NCBI RefSeq assembly: GCF_000014265.1
Contig: NC_008312.1
Span: 6,210,001 to 6,242,000 of the forward strand
Direction: 5' to 3'
DNA: 32,000 nt
From: Trichodesmium erythraeum IMS101
Lineage (GTDB): Bacteria > Cyanobacteriota > Cyanobacteriia > Cyanobacteriales > Microcoleaceae
In this document: piece by piece, positions 8,071 to 17,281 of the stretch
Layout of the letters: each line of letters opens with the position of its first letter
Numbering within the stretch: position 1 is the stretch's first letter
The notes under the pieces: generated by a model
What the model was told of the DNA's origin: nothing
Seen by the model: only the letters and a program-made list of their open reading frames with translations
Databases searched by the model: none
Made by a program: the position numbers and the translations under genes

Positions 8071-8248
8071 ATATATAATAAAAACAATTATTTCTTATCG
8101 AAACTGCCAATAATTACAAATATTTTCTAATAGTCTAAGTATGTCAAAAATTTAATTTTTGAATATTTTTTTTGTAGGAGTTTAGTTGTTTTAAGAGTTT
8201 AGATACCAAGCAGGTTTGATTTCTAAACTCCAACCTTAGAAACTATTT

Positions 8249-8560
8249 CTATTTCCCACTATAATAAAAGGCAATTTCTTTTTCCTTCAATTGAGCAAAA
8301 TCTGCATTTTTTAACATATTATTTAACTCATCTTGGGAAATATGCTTCGCCCCAATACGGACGATACGAGACCGCATTGTATTACTAACCCCGCTCCTTT
8401 GTCGTTGACCTTCTAATGCCATAACCTTGTGATAAAGTTCGAGTTTTGGTGATGGAATAGGAGAGCCATCTAAATCTATTCCTTTAGCGATCGCCTCATC
8501 AACTGCATCCGCTCCAGTAGTTGGTGCAGGCAGAGAATTTATTTCCGAAGACATAGCCAT
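8249..8560 (-). CDS. Hypothetical protein (103 aa), family not recognised
   Basis: Clean ORF of normal composition containing a HIP1 site. I recognise no motif (..ELYHKVMALEGQRQRSGVSNTMRSRIVRIGAKHISQDELNNML..). Confidence 0.55.
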   Translation of the reverse strand: MAMSSEINSLPAPTTGADAVDEAIAKGIDLDGSPIPSPKLELYHKVMALEGQRQRSGVSNTMRSRIVRIGAKHISQDELNNMLKNADFAQLKEKEIAFYYSGK

Positions 8561-8683
8561 AAATTATTGAGTTTACATAATTATTTTATAGGCTCTTGGA
8601 GTATTTTTTTTTTAAATCCATTAAACCTAAATTAACGCTATAATTACATTATTTAAAATCAGTAATTTTCTGGGAAATTAATT

Positions 8684-8929
8684 ATGAATAAAACACCACG
8701 GATAAAAATTCCTAGTTCAGTTAAAAAATATGTGTTTGAGCGGGACAATTACCACTGCCAAAGTTGTGGTAAAAGTTCAACCCAAACAGAACTTAGTATA
8801 GACCATATTATTCCCCTTGCTAGAGGAGGCAGTAATGATATTAGTAATTTACAAACTCTCTGTCAAAAATGCAATAAAAAAAAGAAACATCATTTTGATC
8901 CCCGCTTTCAACGAAACTTTAGTAATTAA
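8684..8929 (+). CDS. Small HNH endonuclease
   Basis: 81 aa containing CQSCGK..LSIDHIIPLARGGSNDISNLQTLCQKCNKKK. This is the HNH signature: a Cys pair, DH, N and a CxxCN zinc finger. Confidence 0.85.
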   Translation: MNKTPRIKIPSSVKKYVFERDNYHCQSCGKSSTQTELSIDHIIPLARGGSNDISNLQTLCQKCNKKKKHHFDPRFQRNFSN

Positions 8930-9134
8930 AGAAAATTGCCATCAAACAAAATTAATTTATCAGTAAATATAACATAGCTAGAGGAGGCAGTAATGATATT
9001 AGTAATTTACAAACTCTCTGTCAAAAATGCAATAAAAAAAAGAAACATCATTTTGATCCCCGCTTTCAACGAAACTTTAGTAATTAAAGAAAATTGCCAT
9101 CAAACAAAATTAATTTATCAGTAAATATAACATA
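8819..9134. repeat. Perfect 158-bp tandem duplication (8819-8976 = 8977-9134) covering the last 111 nt of the HNH gene plus 47 nt downstream
   Basis: Compared base by base, with no mismatch seen. The second copy is a promoterless 3' gene fragment. Confidence 0.95.
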
Positions 9135-9303
9135 TAGCAAATCCTATAAGTATAAAATTGCTGGCGTTTATTTGTTTAAGTATAGTTTTTTTATTTGAGG
9201 TTCCCACAGATTTGTAATTGTGGAAAACGAAATAGAAAAGAATAAAAATAACTGTACCTGAGTAACTGCAGAAACCCTATAATAAATTGAGGAGAAACAT
9301 AAA

Positions 9304-9525
9304 GTGAAATCAAACACTATCAGTTTTATCAAGATAAAAATGTATTCCTTAATTGAAAAAATGTCTGATTTAGAATTAAAAAAAGCTTGGGAATCTTTGC
9401 AAATACTTTATTATGATAGCTTTATTATGACAGCCATTCAAAAATCTAAAACAAGTCACAAACCAGGAGATATATTTACCAAAGAAGAAGCCTTACAAAT
9501 ATTATTTTTTGAAAAAGAAGATTAG
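9304..9525 (+). CDS. Hypothetical small protein (73 aa)
   Basis: GTG start with GAGGAG 9 nt upstream. No recognisable domain. Confidence 0.35.
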   Translation: MKSNTISFIKIKMYSLIEKMSDLELKKAWESLQILYYDSFIMTAIQKSKTSHKPGDIFTKEEALQILFFEKED

Positions 9526-9767
9526 GTAGATATTGACCTACTCGTAGTTAGTTTTTAGCTTTTTCATAAATAATGAATATAGACTATCCCTTGCCAAAGT
9601 CTGTTTTTTTTGAAAATTAATTTTAAATTATCCTTAGAGGATATCTGTAAATACAGTATTAAATTCTGGTTAAGAATTGGTTAAGCGTAAATTCATAGCA
9701 TAGATAAGCTGAATAATCTCTGTAATTTGCCGTAAATTTTGGAAATATAAGACAAGCTTTAAATAGA

Positions 9768-9806
9768 CCTAATAGATTTACCTAATAGATTTAGCTAATA
9801 GATTTA
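9768..9806. repeat. 13-bp direct repeat x3 (cctaatagattta cctaatagattta gctaatagattta)
   Basis: Read directly from an intergenic AT-rich region. Confidence 0.8.
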
Positions 9807-10252
9807 TTTTATAGATATCGACCTATTGAAGCAGATAGAAAAAATTAATAACATATTTTTATAAGCTAAATCTTTATATACTGTATATCTTCACTATAAA
9901 ATTAGGCAAGTCTGGTAATGACTTTTGAAGTGCAGATCAAATTCAAAAAAAGTCGTCACAGTAAAAAAAGGAATAAGAAACTAGGAAACAGGGAAAACCC
10001 TTCCTTTTTATTCTATTTTTTTTATTTGATTTTTCTGTATAACAAAATACTAGTTTTACCTAAAGAAAAAAAAAGTTAATATAGCAGTATTTTTTTGAAG
10101 CTGTCATTAAACTATCAATACCAATTTATGCTTATTAGGCAATGATTTAAGAACTAATAATTGATAACTTAATTCTTATAAAAATAGTTAAAGGAAAAAT
10201 TAGCACTATTTATTAAACTAGAATAGAAAAGGTATATAAAAAAAATATTGTT

Positions 10253-10510
10253 GTGAACCTAGAAGTGCGTTATTGTCGGTCTTTTATTGAAGATCTTAAA
10301 ATCATAGAATCTAGTGCCTATCAGCAAGTATATGATTTTGTTTTCATTCAATTCAGTAAAATAAATTACTTACAAGAATTGCCAGAACTCAAACAAATTG
10401 GAACTAGTAATATTTTCTACAGATTTACCGTAGAAAATTATTTAATAGGCATAGAAGTAACAGGTAAAATTGTTAAATTTATCCGTATTTTACCAAAGCC
10501 AGAAATCTAG
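10253..10510 (+). CDS. RelE/ParE-superfamily toxin-like protein
   Basis: 85 aa with a GTG start. The C-terminal pattern FYRFTVENYLIGIEVTGKIVKFIRILP resembles the RelE/ParE core (YRxRxGxYRxxYxx..xxxxxIxxIxxR). No antitoxin ORF lies immediately upstream. Confidence 0.5.
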   Translation: MNLEVRYCRSFIEDLKIIESSAYQQVYDFVFIQFSKINYLQELPELKQIGTSNIFYRFTVENYLIGIEVTGKIVKFIRILPKPEI

Positions 10511-10563
10511 TCTTCTAAACTACAGATAGTAGAAGAGCAAAAATATTGAATAAAGTAATTTTT

Positions 10564-12150
10564 ATGGAATCAAAAGCACTTTGGCAACGCTATATTGACT
10601 GGCTTTACTACCACGAAGGATTAGGTTTTTATGTTGATATAAGTCGTATTAAATTTGACGACTCTTTTGTCGAGATCATGAAACCTAAATTTGAAAAAGC
10701 CTTCCAAGAGATGAAAAAATTAGAAGAAGGTAAGATCGCTAACCCAGACGAAAATCGAATGGTTGGTCACTACTGGTTGAGAGACCTCGATATTGCTCCT
10801 ACTAAGGAAATTAAAAATGAAATTTCCACAACCCTAGAAGCAATAGAAACTTTTGCGAAGAAAGTCCATAGTGGAGAAATTAAACCATCATCTGCTCCCA
10901 AATTTACAGATATTCTGTCCATTGGTATTGGTGGTTCAGCTTTAGGCCCCCAATTTGTCGCCGAAGCTTTAGGTCTTGATGACCCACCAATGGAAATACA
11001 CTTCATTGACAACACAGATCCAGCAGGTATAGACCGGGTACTCCACAAACTGAGCGATCGCCTCAAAAGCACCCTAGTTATAGTCATCTCCAAATCTGGA
11101 GGGACTCCAGAACCTCGTAATGGTATGATAGAAGTTAAAGCAGCCTTTGCATCTCAAAACTTAAACTTTGCCACTCAAGCTGTTGCCACCACTACCCCTA
11201 GTAGCAAACTAGGCCAAATTGCTAAATCTGAAGGATGGATAGATATTATCCCCATGGCAGACTGGGTAGGTGGACGTACTTCAGAATTATCCTCCGTTGG
11301 TTTGCTACCCGCAGCACTGCAAGGAATTGATATCCGGGCAATGCTAGCCGGGGCCAAAGAAATGGATAAAGTTACTCGTACACATGAAATAAAAGGGAAC
11401 CCTTCTGCTTTATTAGCCTTGAGTTGGTATGCTGCAGGTAAGGGCCACGGGGAAAAAGATATGGTAGTTATCCCCTACAAAGACAGTCTATTGCTATTGA
11501 GTCGTTATCTACAGCAGTTAGTTATGGAATCTTTAGGTAAAGAAAAAGACCTAGATGGCAAAGTAGTCAACCAAGGTATTGCAGTTTACGGTAATAAAGG
11601 TTCCACAGACCAACACGCTTATGTACAACAGTTGCGCGATGGTGTACTTAACTTCTTTGTCACTTTGATTGAAGTTTTAGAAGATCGTGAAGGTACTTCT
11701 CCTGAAGTAGAACCAGGGGTAACTTCTGGAGACTACTTATCTGGTTTTATCCAAGGTACTAGACAAGCGCTTTATGAAAACGATCGAGATTCTATTACAG
11801 TCACTATTCCCAAAGTTAATCCTTATAATTTAGGAGCATTAATTGCCCTTTATGAGCGAGCTGTTGGTTTTTATGGCTCTCTGGTTAATATTAATGCTTA
11901 TCACCAGCCAGGAGTAGAAGCTGGCAAAAAAGCTGCAGCTGCAGTGCTAGAATTACAACACAAGGTAATAAATATCCTCAAGCAAGAGAAATCTCCTCTA
12001 TCTTTAGAAGAATTATCTGAAAAGGCAGGAGCTGGTGATCAGATAGAAACTATCTACAAGATTTTGCGTCATTTGGCAGCTAACAAGCGAGGTATTGTTT
12101 TCCACGGAAATGTCGGCCAACCAGATAAGTTAGGGGTAAGTTATAATTAA
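10564..12150 (+). CDS. pgi: Glucose-6-phosphate isomerase
   Basis: The 528-aa protein begins [28 protein letters not shown], and contains the [18 protein letters not shown] motif and [15 protein letters not shown]. The ATG at 10564 is preferred over the TTG at 10546. Confidence 0.95.
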   Translation: MESKALWQRYIDWLYYHEGLGFYVDISRIKFDDSFVEIMKPKFEKAFQEMKKLEEGKIANPDENRMVGHYWLRDLDIAPTKEIKNEISTTLEAIETFAKKVHSGEIKPSSAPKFTDILSIGIGGSALGPQFVAEALGLDDPPMEIHFIDNTDPAGIDRVLHKLSDRLKSTLVIVISKSGGTPEPRNGMIEVKAAFASQNLNFATQAVATTTPSSKLGQIAKSEGWIDIIPMADWVGGRTSELSSVGLLPAALQGIDIRAMLAGAKEMDKVTRTHEIKGNPSALLALSWYAAGKGHGEKDMVVIPYKDSLLLLSRYLQQLVMESLGKEKDLDGKVVNQGIAVYGNKGSTDQHAYVQQLRDGVLNFFVTLIEVLEDREGTSPEVEPGVTSGDYLSGFIQGTRQALYENDRDSITVTIPKVNPYNLGALIALYERAVGFYGSLVNINAYHQPGVEAGKKAAAAVLELQHKVINILKQEKSPLSLEELSEKAGAGDQIETIYKILRHLAANKRGIVFHGNVGQPDKLGVSYN

Positions 12151-12729
12151 AAGTAAATAAGGTTAAACTCTTGAGAAGAAGCCATTATGATGTGAGTATT
12201 AATCTCAAACAATATTCAATGGCCGATAGCTTGTCTAAAAGTAAAGTCTTTGGATAATCAAAACTTTTCTGAGGAAAGTCTGTTAACGATAGGATAAAAT
12301 ACTGAAGTGGACATTTAATCTATCTAAATATTTAAGTAAGTTTGAGTAACTTTCATGAAGAGGAGTGTTGAAGGCCTACCTCTTTGTAAAGCAAACTTAA
12401 TTGCATTTCTATAGTAACAGAAAAAATGGGATTGAAGCTTTGCCCTTCTAGGGCAACCTTCTCCCATAATAAAACCAGGCCTAATAAGACTGACCTGAAA
12501 AGTTAGATCAATTTTTTTCATCTTAACAACAATATAAAAAAGTGTTAAGACATTAATAAAATTGAAGCCCTTGACAACTAATAGTTTTTTCTTGAGCTAA
12601 TTAGCTGTGTGCAAAGCATTCCAGTACGGAAATGCTTAATGGTAAATTTCGGGACAACTCTATTATTATTAATAATTTAAGTATTTTTCTATTCAAACAC
12701 ATTCACTTGTTTGACTCCCCCATAAAACC

Positions 12730-13422
12730 ATGCCCCTCACAATTCTTGTTGTTGATGATGATTTAGGAACTAGGTTATGTATCAGTGACTACCTAGAGGT
12801 ATCTGGTTACTTAGTTGTCAAAGCTGAAGATGGTCAACAAGCTTTTGATATAGTTGAAAAATCTGAGCCTCATCTTATTATTACTGATATTGCTATGCCA
12901 AAAATGGACGGTTATGAACTGGTAAAACGAGTTCGGGCACGTCCAAGTTTTCGTCTCTTACCTGTGATTTTTCTAACTGCTCATATAAGTACACAGGAAA
13001 GAGTCAAAGGTTATCAGTTGGGGTGTGATATTTATCTGCCAAAACCTTTTGAATTAGTAGAGTTAGGAGCAGTAGTTCGTTCTTTATTAGATCGATATGC
13101 TCTGATAGCCAAAGCCTCACCTAGATCCAATTATTTACCTATAAATAGTCAATCTTTGGTAACAGAAAATCCATCAAGATCAGATGATTCAGAATCAATA
13201 TCTCAGTCAATTATTGTCAATTCTCAGATTAGTTTAACGAGTCGAGAAAAGCAAGTTTTAAGTCTTTTGCTTAATGGTCTTTCTAATGTTCAAATTGGCG
13301 ATCGCCTGCATTTAAGTCCAAGGACTATTGAAAAATATGTTAGTGGTTTATTGAGAAAAACTGATACTAAAAATCGTGCTGAGTTAGTTCGTTTTACTAT
13401 GGAAAATTACTTTACTAATTAA
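12730..13422 (+). CDS. Response regulator, REC domain plus LuxR/FixJ-type HTH (NarL family)
   Basis: The N-terminus ILVVDDD..ITDIAMPKMDG..LPKPF is a receiver domain. The C-terminus LTSREKQVLSLLLNGLSNVQIGDRLHLSPRTIEKYVSGLLRK is a LuxR HTH. A ~50-aa Ser-rich linker joins them. No kinase gene is adjacent. Confidence 0.9.
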   Translation: MPLTILVVDDDLGTRLCISDYLEVSGYLVVKAEDGQQAFDIVEKSEPHLIITDIAMPKMDGYELVKRVRARPSFRLLPVIFLTAHISTQERVKGYQLGCDIYLPKPFELVELGAVVRSLLDRYALIAKASPRSNYLPINSQSLVTENPSRSDDSESISQSIIVNSQISLTSREKQVLSLLLNGLSNVQIGDRLHLSPRTIEKYVSGLLRKTDTKNRAELVRFTMENYFTN

Positions 13423-13863
13423 TCTTAACTACGGTTTACTTAAAAAGTATTTTAGGGAGTAGGTAAAGACATTACATGCAAAATCTATAGATCGAAATAG
13501 GTATTAAGAGGAGGTAAGAGTAAGAATTATCCGTTAATTTTTCTGAAATTATTCTCCCTGCAAAGTTTGGTTTTTCAAGCAAATGAAAAGCTGACAGTTT
13601 TTTTAGACCCCAAAAGACTAAAGCCAATATCAGTTAATTTTCCGGTAAAGTATCTATAAAATCAATCTTAAGGTCTACTGAAATATCACCTTTCGGTGTG
13701 TTAGCGCAAATCACAGAAATTATTCAGTGTTAACTATAAATTATTACTTAACCCAACCTAAACCAATACTTAAACTTTATTTAAAGATACCCTCTGATGG
13801 TTAATCAGCAAGCCCTAATTAAGTTGAATTTAATTAAAAATTTTCAGGTAAATAATTTTGAAT

Positions 13864-14364
13864 TCAGCCATTCTTATTACTAATTAATATTTTATTTTGA
13901 TTGATCAAATAATCTAATAGCCCTTCACAAGCATCTAAAAGTATTTCAATCACATAATCAAATCCATCTGAACCACCATAGTAAGGATCAGGTACTTCCT
14001 GAACATCAAAATCTTTGCAAAAGTCACACATTAACTTCACTTTATCTCTATATTTACCAGCCTTATCTAAGGAAAGTACATCCCGATAATTTTCCTTATC
14101 CATTGTGAGAATTAAATCAAAATTATTAAAATCTTTTTCTTGAAATTTACGTGCTGAACCTTTGAGTTTAATACCTCTCATTTTAGCAGCATAAGTCATT
14201 CTAGAATCAGGAGGGCTACCTATATGATAACCTCCTGTACCAGCAGAATCACAAACTATAAATTCGCTCAAATTAGCTTTTTCTATAATATGATTCATAA
14301 TATTTTCTGCCGAGGGAGAACGGCAGATATTACCAAGACAAACAAATAGTAGTTTATGAGGCAT
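13864..14364 (-). CDS. Low-molecular-weight protein tyrosine phosphatase
   Basis: It has the CLGNICRSP active-site loop (CX5R-S) near the N-terminus and a DPYYG motif. Confidence 0.9.
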   Translation of the reverse strand: MPHKLLFVCLGNICRSPSAENIMNHIIEKANLSEFIVCDSAGTGGYHIGSPPDSRMTYAAKMRGIKLKGSARKFQEKDFNNFDLILTMDKENYRDVLSLDKAGKYRDKVKLMCDFCKDFDVQEVPDPYYGGSDGFDYVIEILLDACEGLLDYLINQNKILISNKNG

Positions 14365-14985
14365 AAATTAATCAAATAGAAGAACGAATAAGTTAGGTAT
14401 TAAACTTAATTAAGTCTAATATACTATCTATATTAACTAAGATAATTTACAGTAATACTGCATCAATATATAGGGTTTTGATTTGGGAGGTAAAAAATGA
14501 GTGCTCTTAAAAATAAAAGAGGCTTAAGGGAATTGTGACAATAGTAAAAAAGTGAAAAAGTAAGTATTAAATAGTGGCAAAAACTAGGATATACAGTATT
14601 TACTATTAGCGATTTTTTTCTGAGAAAAAGCCTGAATATAAACTTATATTTTTTAGACAACAGGCAAGATAAAATAGTAAATAAGGTAACAATAGACCCC
14701 TTATTTTGAGGGAAAAATTAACTCTTAATTTTACGTCTCATTAATTAGTGTTATTTTTAGGACATTCTCACCACTTCCAAATGTTGTCCATACTGCAAAT
14801 TTTACTTCGCGCTTTTTGAGTTCTGACTTCTGAGTTAAACTCTAAAACCACAAGTTACGAATATTATTTTTATAAATCAAAAAAAAGACTAGGATACAGC
14901 TTTCCAGTTAGTCTACTAACTCATTATATTTTGTAGCTACCTAACTTGAAACCTTTCCTAGCCATTATTACTATTTAAACTAGGA

Positions 14986-15342
14986 CTACCCTGGTAGATT
15001 TAAGCCACCTGTCAACTCTTCCATCCGTTCCCGCATAGTAGTAGTAGATTTCTTATAAGCATCCTGCATTGCTTCTGTCACCAGTTGATTAACTCGATTT
15101 GCATCTTCCTTCAATACATCTGGAGAAATTTCTACTCGTTTTGGTTGTTGATTCCCACTCATAAAAACCTTCACTAAACCTTCACCTGCTGATCCTTCAA
15201 CTTCTAATTGTTCAAGTTCTTCTTGAAGTTTTTTGGCTCCTTCTTGAACCTCTTGAGCTTTTTTAAAGGCTTCAGTTAGTTCTTTCATTTTACCTAAGCC
15301 AAAGCCAAAACCTTTACCTTTGCTGTCCTTGTTTTCTGACAT
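14986..15342 (-). CDS. ybaB: YbaB/EbfC family nucleoid-associated protein
   Basis: The sequence [52 protein letters not shown] is typical of YbaB. The internal ATG at 15342 (MSENKD..) gives the expected ~118 aa. The track ORF extends to 15396. Confidence 0.85.
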   Translation of the reverse strand: MSENKDSKGKGFGFGLGKMKELTEAFKKAQEVQEGAKKLQEELEQLEVEGSAGEGLVKVFMSGNQQPKRVEISPDVLKEDANRVNQLVTEAMQDAYKKSTTTMRERMEELTGGLNLPG

Positions 15343-16076
15343 AATTAATCTTCTATGATAAGTTTTATCTGATATTTGTTTAGTTACCATTGACATATTC
15401 CTCAGTTAACCGCTATGCAGTAAAATTGAAGAATATTAAAATATAAGTTTAAGATTTCCTGCTTCATGGTATCAAGACTTGTAAAAGAGCCTGTTTCCCA
15501 TTTCTACAGGTATTTTCTAATACCCTATGGACCCTCAGGCCTTTTCATAAGTTTTCTTGTAAATGACTACCATTCATCTCACTGTTAACCTCCAACCATT
15601 AGTTTAGTAGGGGTCGTATGACATAATTTTAGATAAAATCTAATTTTATTTTGCGCTATATCAGGAGTTGATGACAATGCCAAACTACTCTAGCATATTA
15701 TTATAGTATTTATCATAAAAATCATAACACTGCATATATATTTTAGCACTTAATTATAATTAATAAATCGACATTTACAGTCCTAATTTATTGAATATCT
15801 CCTAAAACAATCAAACTATTTACAGCTTTTCAACTTCCTTAAATATATTAATCAATAGTTTCAGAAGGTGAGGAATCTGAAACTGCTGCTAATTTTAGGT
15901 ACTTTTAAAAATAAAAAAACAATGGTAATTTATTTTTTTTTACTGAGTCAATTAGCATAAAAATTATCTTTTCCGCGATAATTTATAGATTTTATGTAGT
16001 TTATTTGTGGTCCTAAATTATACAACTATTGTCAAACAAAAGCTATGCTTTATTGTAATTATAAGCTTGCTACTTC

Positions 16077-17024
16077 TTAAAAATCTCCCACAAATTTTAC
16101 CTCTGGTTTTAATAACAAAGACCATTGCTTTTCCACCTGTTCTTGAACATGGTAAATTAGCTGTAAAATTTCGTTAGCTGTAGCTCCACCACAGTTCAGA
16201 ATAAAGTTAGCATGGCGGTGAGCAACTTGGGCCATACCTATTTGATAGCCCTTAAGTCCAGCTTGTTCAATTAACCAACCAGCAGTCTTTGGTCCAGGAT
16301 TCCGAAAAACACTACCACAGCTAGGTAAATGATAAGGCTGGGTACTTTTTCGCTTCTGAAAATTTTCAGAAGTTATGGCCGTTATTAAGGCAGGCTTTTC
16401 TCCCGGTTGTAACTGAAATGTAGCTTGAGCGACCAAAATAGATTTACCTTGCAATTTAGAATAGCGGTAATTGTATTCCAAATCTTGAGGAGACAAAATA
16501 TCTATCTCACCATTAGGTAAAATAACATGGGCATTCACTAATACATCAGCCATACATTTACCTTGTGCCCCAGCATTCATCACCACAGCACCACCAACAG
16601 TGCCAGGGATACCAACGGCCCATTCTAAACCTTGCCAACCCATTCTAGCTGCCTTCCAAGCAAGACGTGGCAAAAACTCACCTGCTCCTACACTAAGAAG
16701 ACCTGTTTCTTGTTCAAAGGAGATGTGACGGAGATAACGGCTGCCAATAACTAATCCAGATAAACCACTATCGCTGACTAGTATATTAGATCCTGCTCCT
16801 AGAAAAGTTATTGGTAATCCTTTATAGTTAGCAAACTGAAAACTAGCTTGTAGTTGATCTAATCTTTTTGGTGTAACATACCATTCAGCAGGCCCTCCAA
16901 CGCGGAAAGACGTTAGAGGTGCCAGAGGAACATTAGACTTAATTACACAGTCTTTTCCTAACAAGGGAATAGGTTGTCTTTGTGGCATTTTTTCTGAACT
17001 AGCTATGTGATAAGAAAGAGTCAT
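16077..17024 (-). CDS. murB: UDP-N-acetylenolpyruvoylglucosamine reductase
   Basis: 315 aa with the LAPLTSFRVGGPAEWY, LGAGSNILV and GSVFRNP motifs. Confidence 0.93.
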   Translation of the reverse strand: MTLSYHIASSEKMPQRQPIPLLGKDCVIKSNVPLAPLTSFRVGGPAEWYVTPKRLDQLQASFQFANYKGLPITFLGAGSNILVSDSGLSGLVIGSRYLRHISFEQETGLLSVGAGEFLPRLAWKAARMGWQGLEWAVGIPGTVGGAVVMNAGAQGKCMADVLVNAHVILPNGEIDILSPQDLEYNYRYSKLQGKSILVAQATFQLQPGEKPALITAITSENFQKRKSTQPYHLPSCGSVFRNPGPKTAGWLIEQAGLKGYQIGMAQVAHRHANFILNCGGATANEILQLIYHVQEQVEKQWSLLLKPEVKFVGDF

Positions 17025-17281
17025 GGTGATAACTAATGCTTGAATTATCGTAATTTAAGGAGTTTGTTTTGAAGTTAGTTAACTACCTATCAGCTTTTAC
17101 CATTTCCGTGCCGAAATATTTTGCAAACAGCTATTAGTTAGCCGTTAGAGCTAGAGATTTAAATCCCTGCAAACCCCAACCGGATGATGTAGAAGTGGTT
17201 GAAACCAACTTATAAATGTCAAAAAAAATGAACTGAATGCTGAGTGTTGAGTGCTTCTTTGGCTCAAATTCATATTCTTCA

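Noticed and set aside
8667-8674. The TTCTGGGA motif of the array also occurs 10 nt upstream of the HNH start codon
   Set aside because: A single 8-mer match in 32 kb of AT-rich DNA on two strands is expected by chance about once, so it is not evidence of co-regulation.
10770-11357. Minus-strand ORFs 10770-11093 and 11175-11357
   Set aside because: These are antisense shadow ORFs lying entirely inside the well-supported pgi gene.
12151-12729. Possible sRNA or riboswitch in the 580-nt pgi-to-response-regulator spacer (hairpin ttgcccttctagggcaa at ~12439)
   Set aside because: It is only a 6-bp stem without an adjacent U-tract or promoter, and it has no resemblance to RNA families I can recognise by eye.
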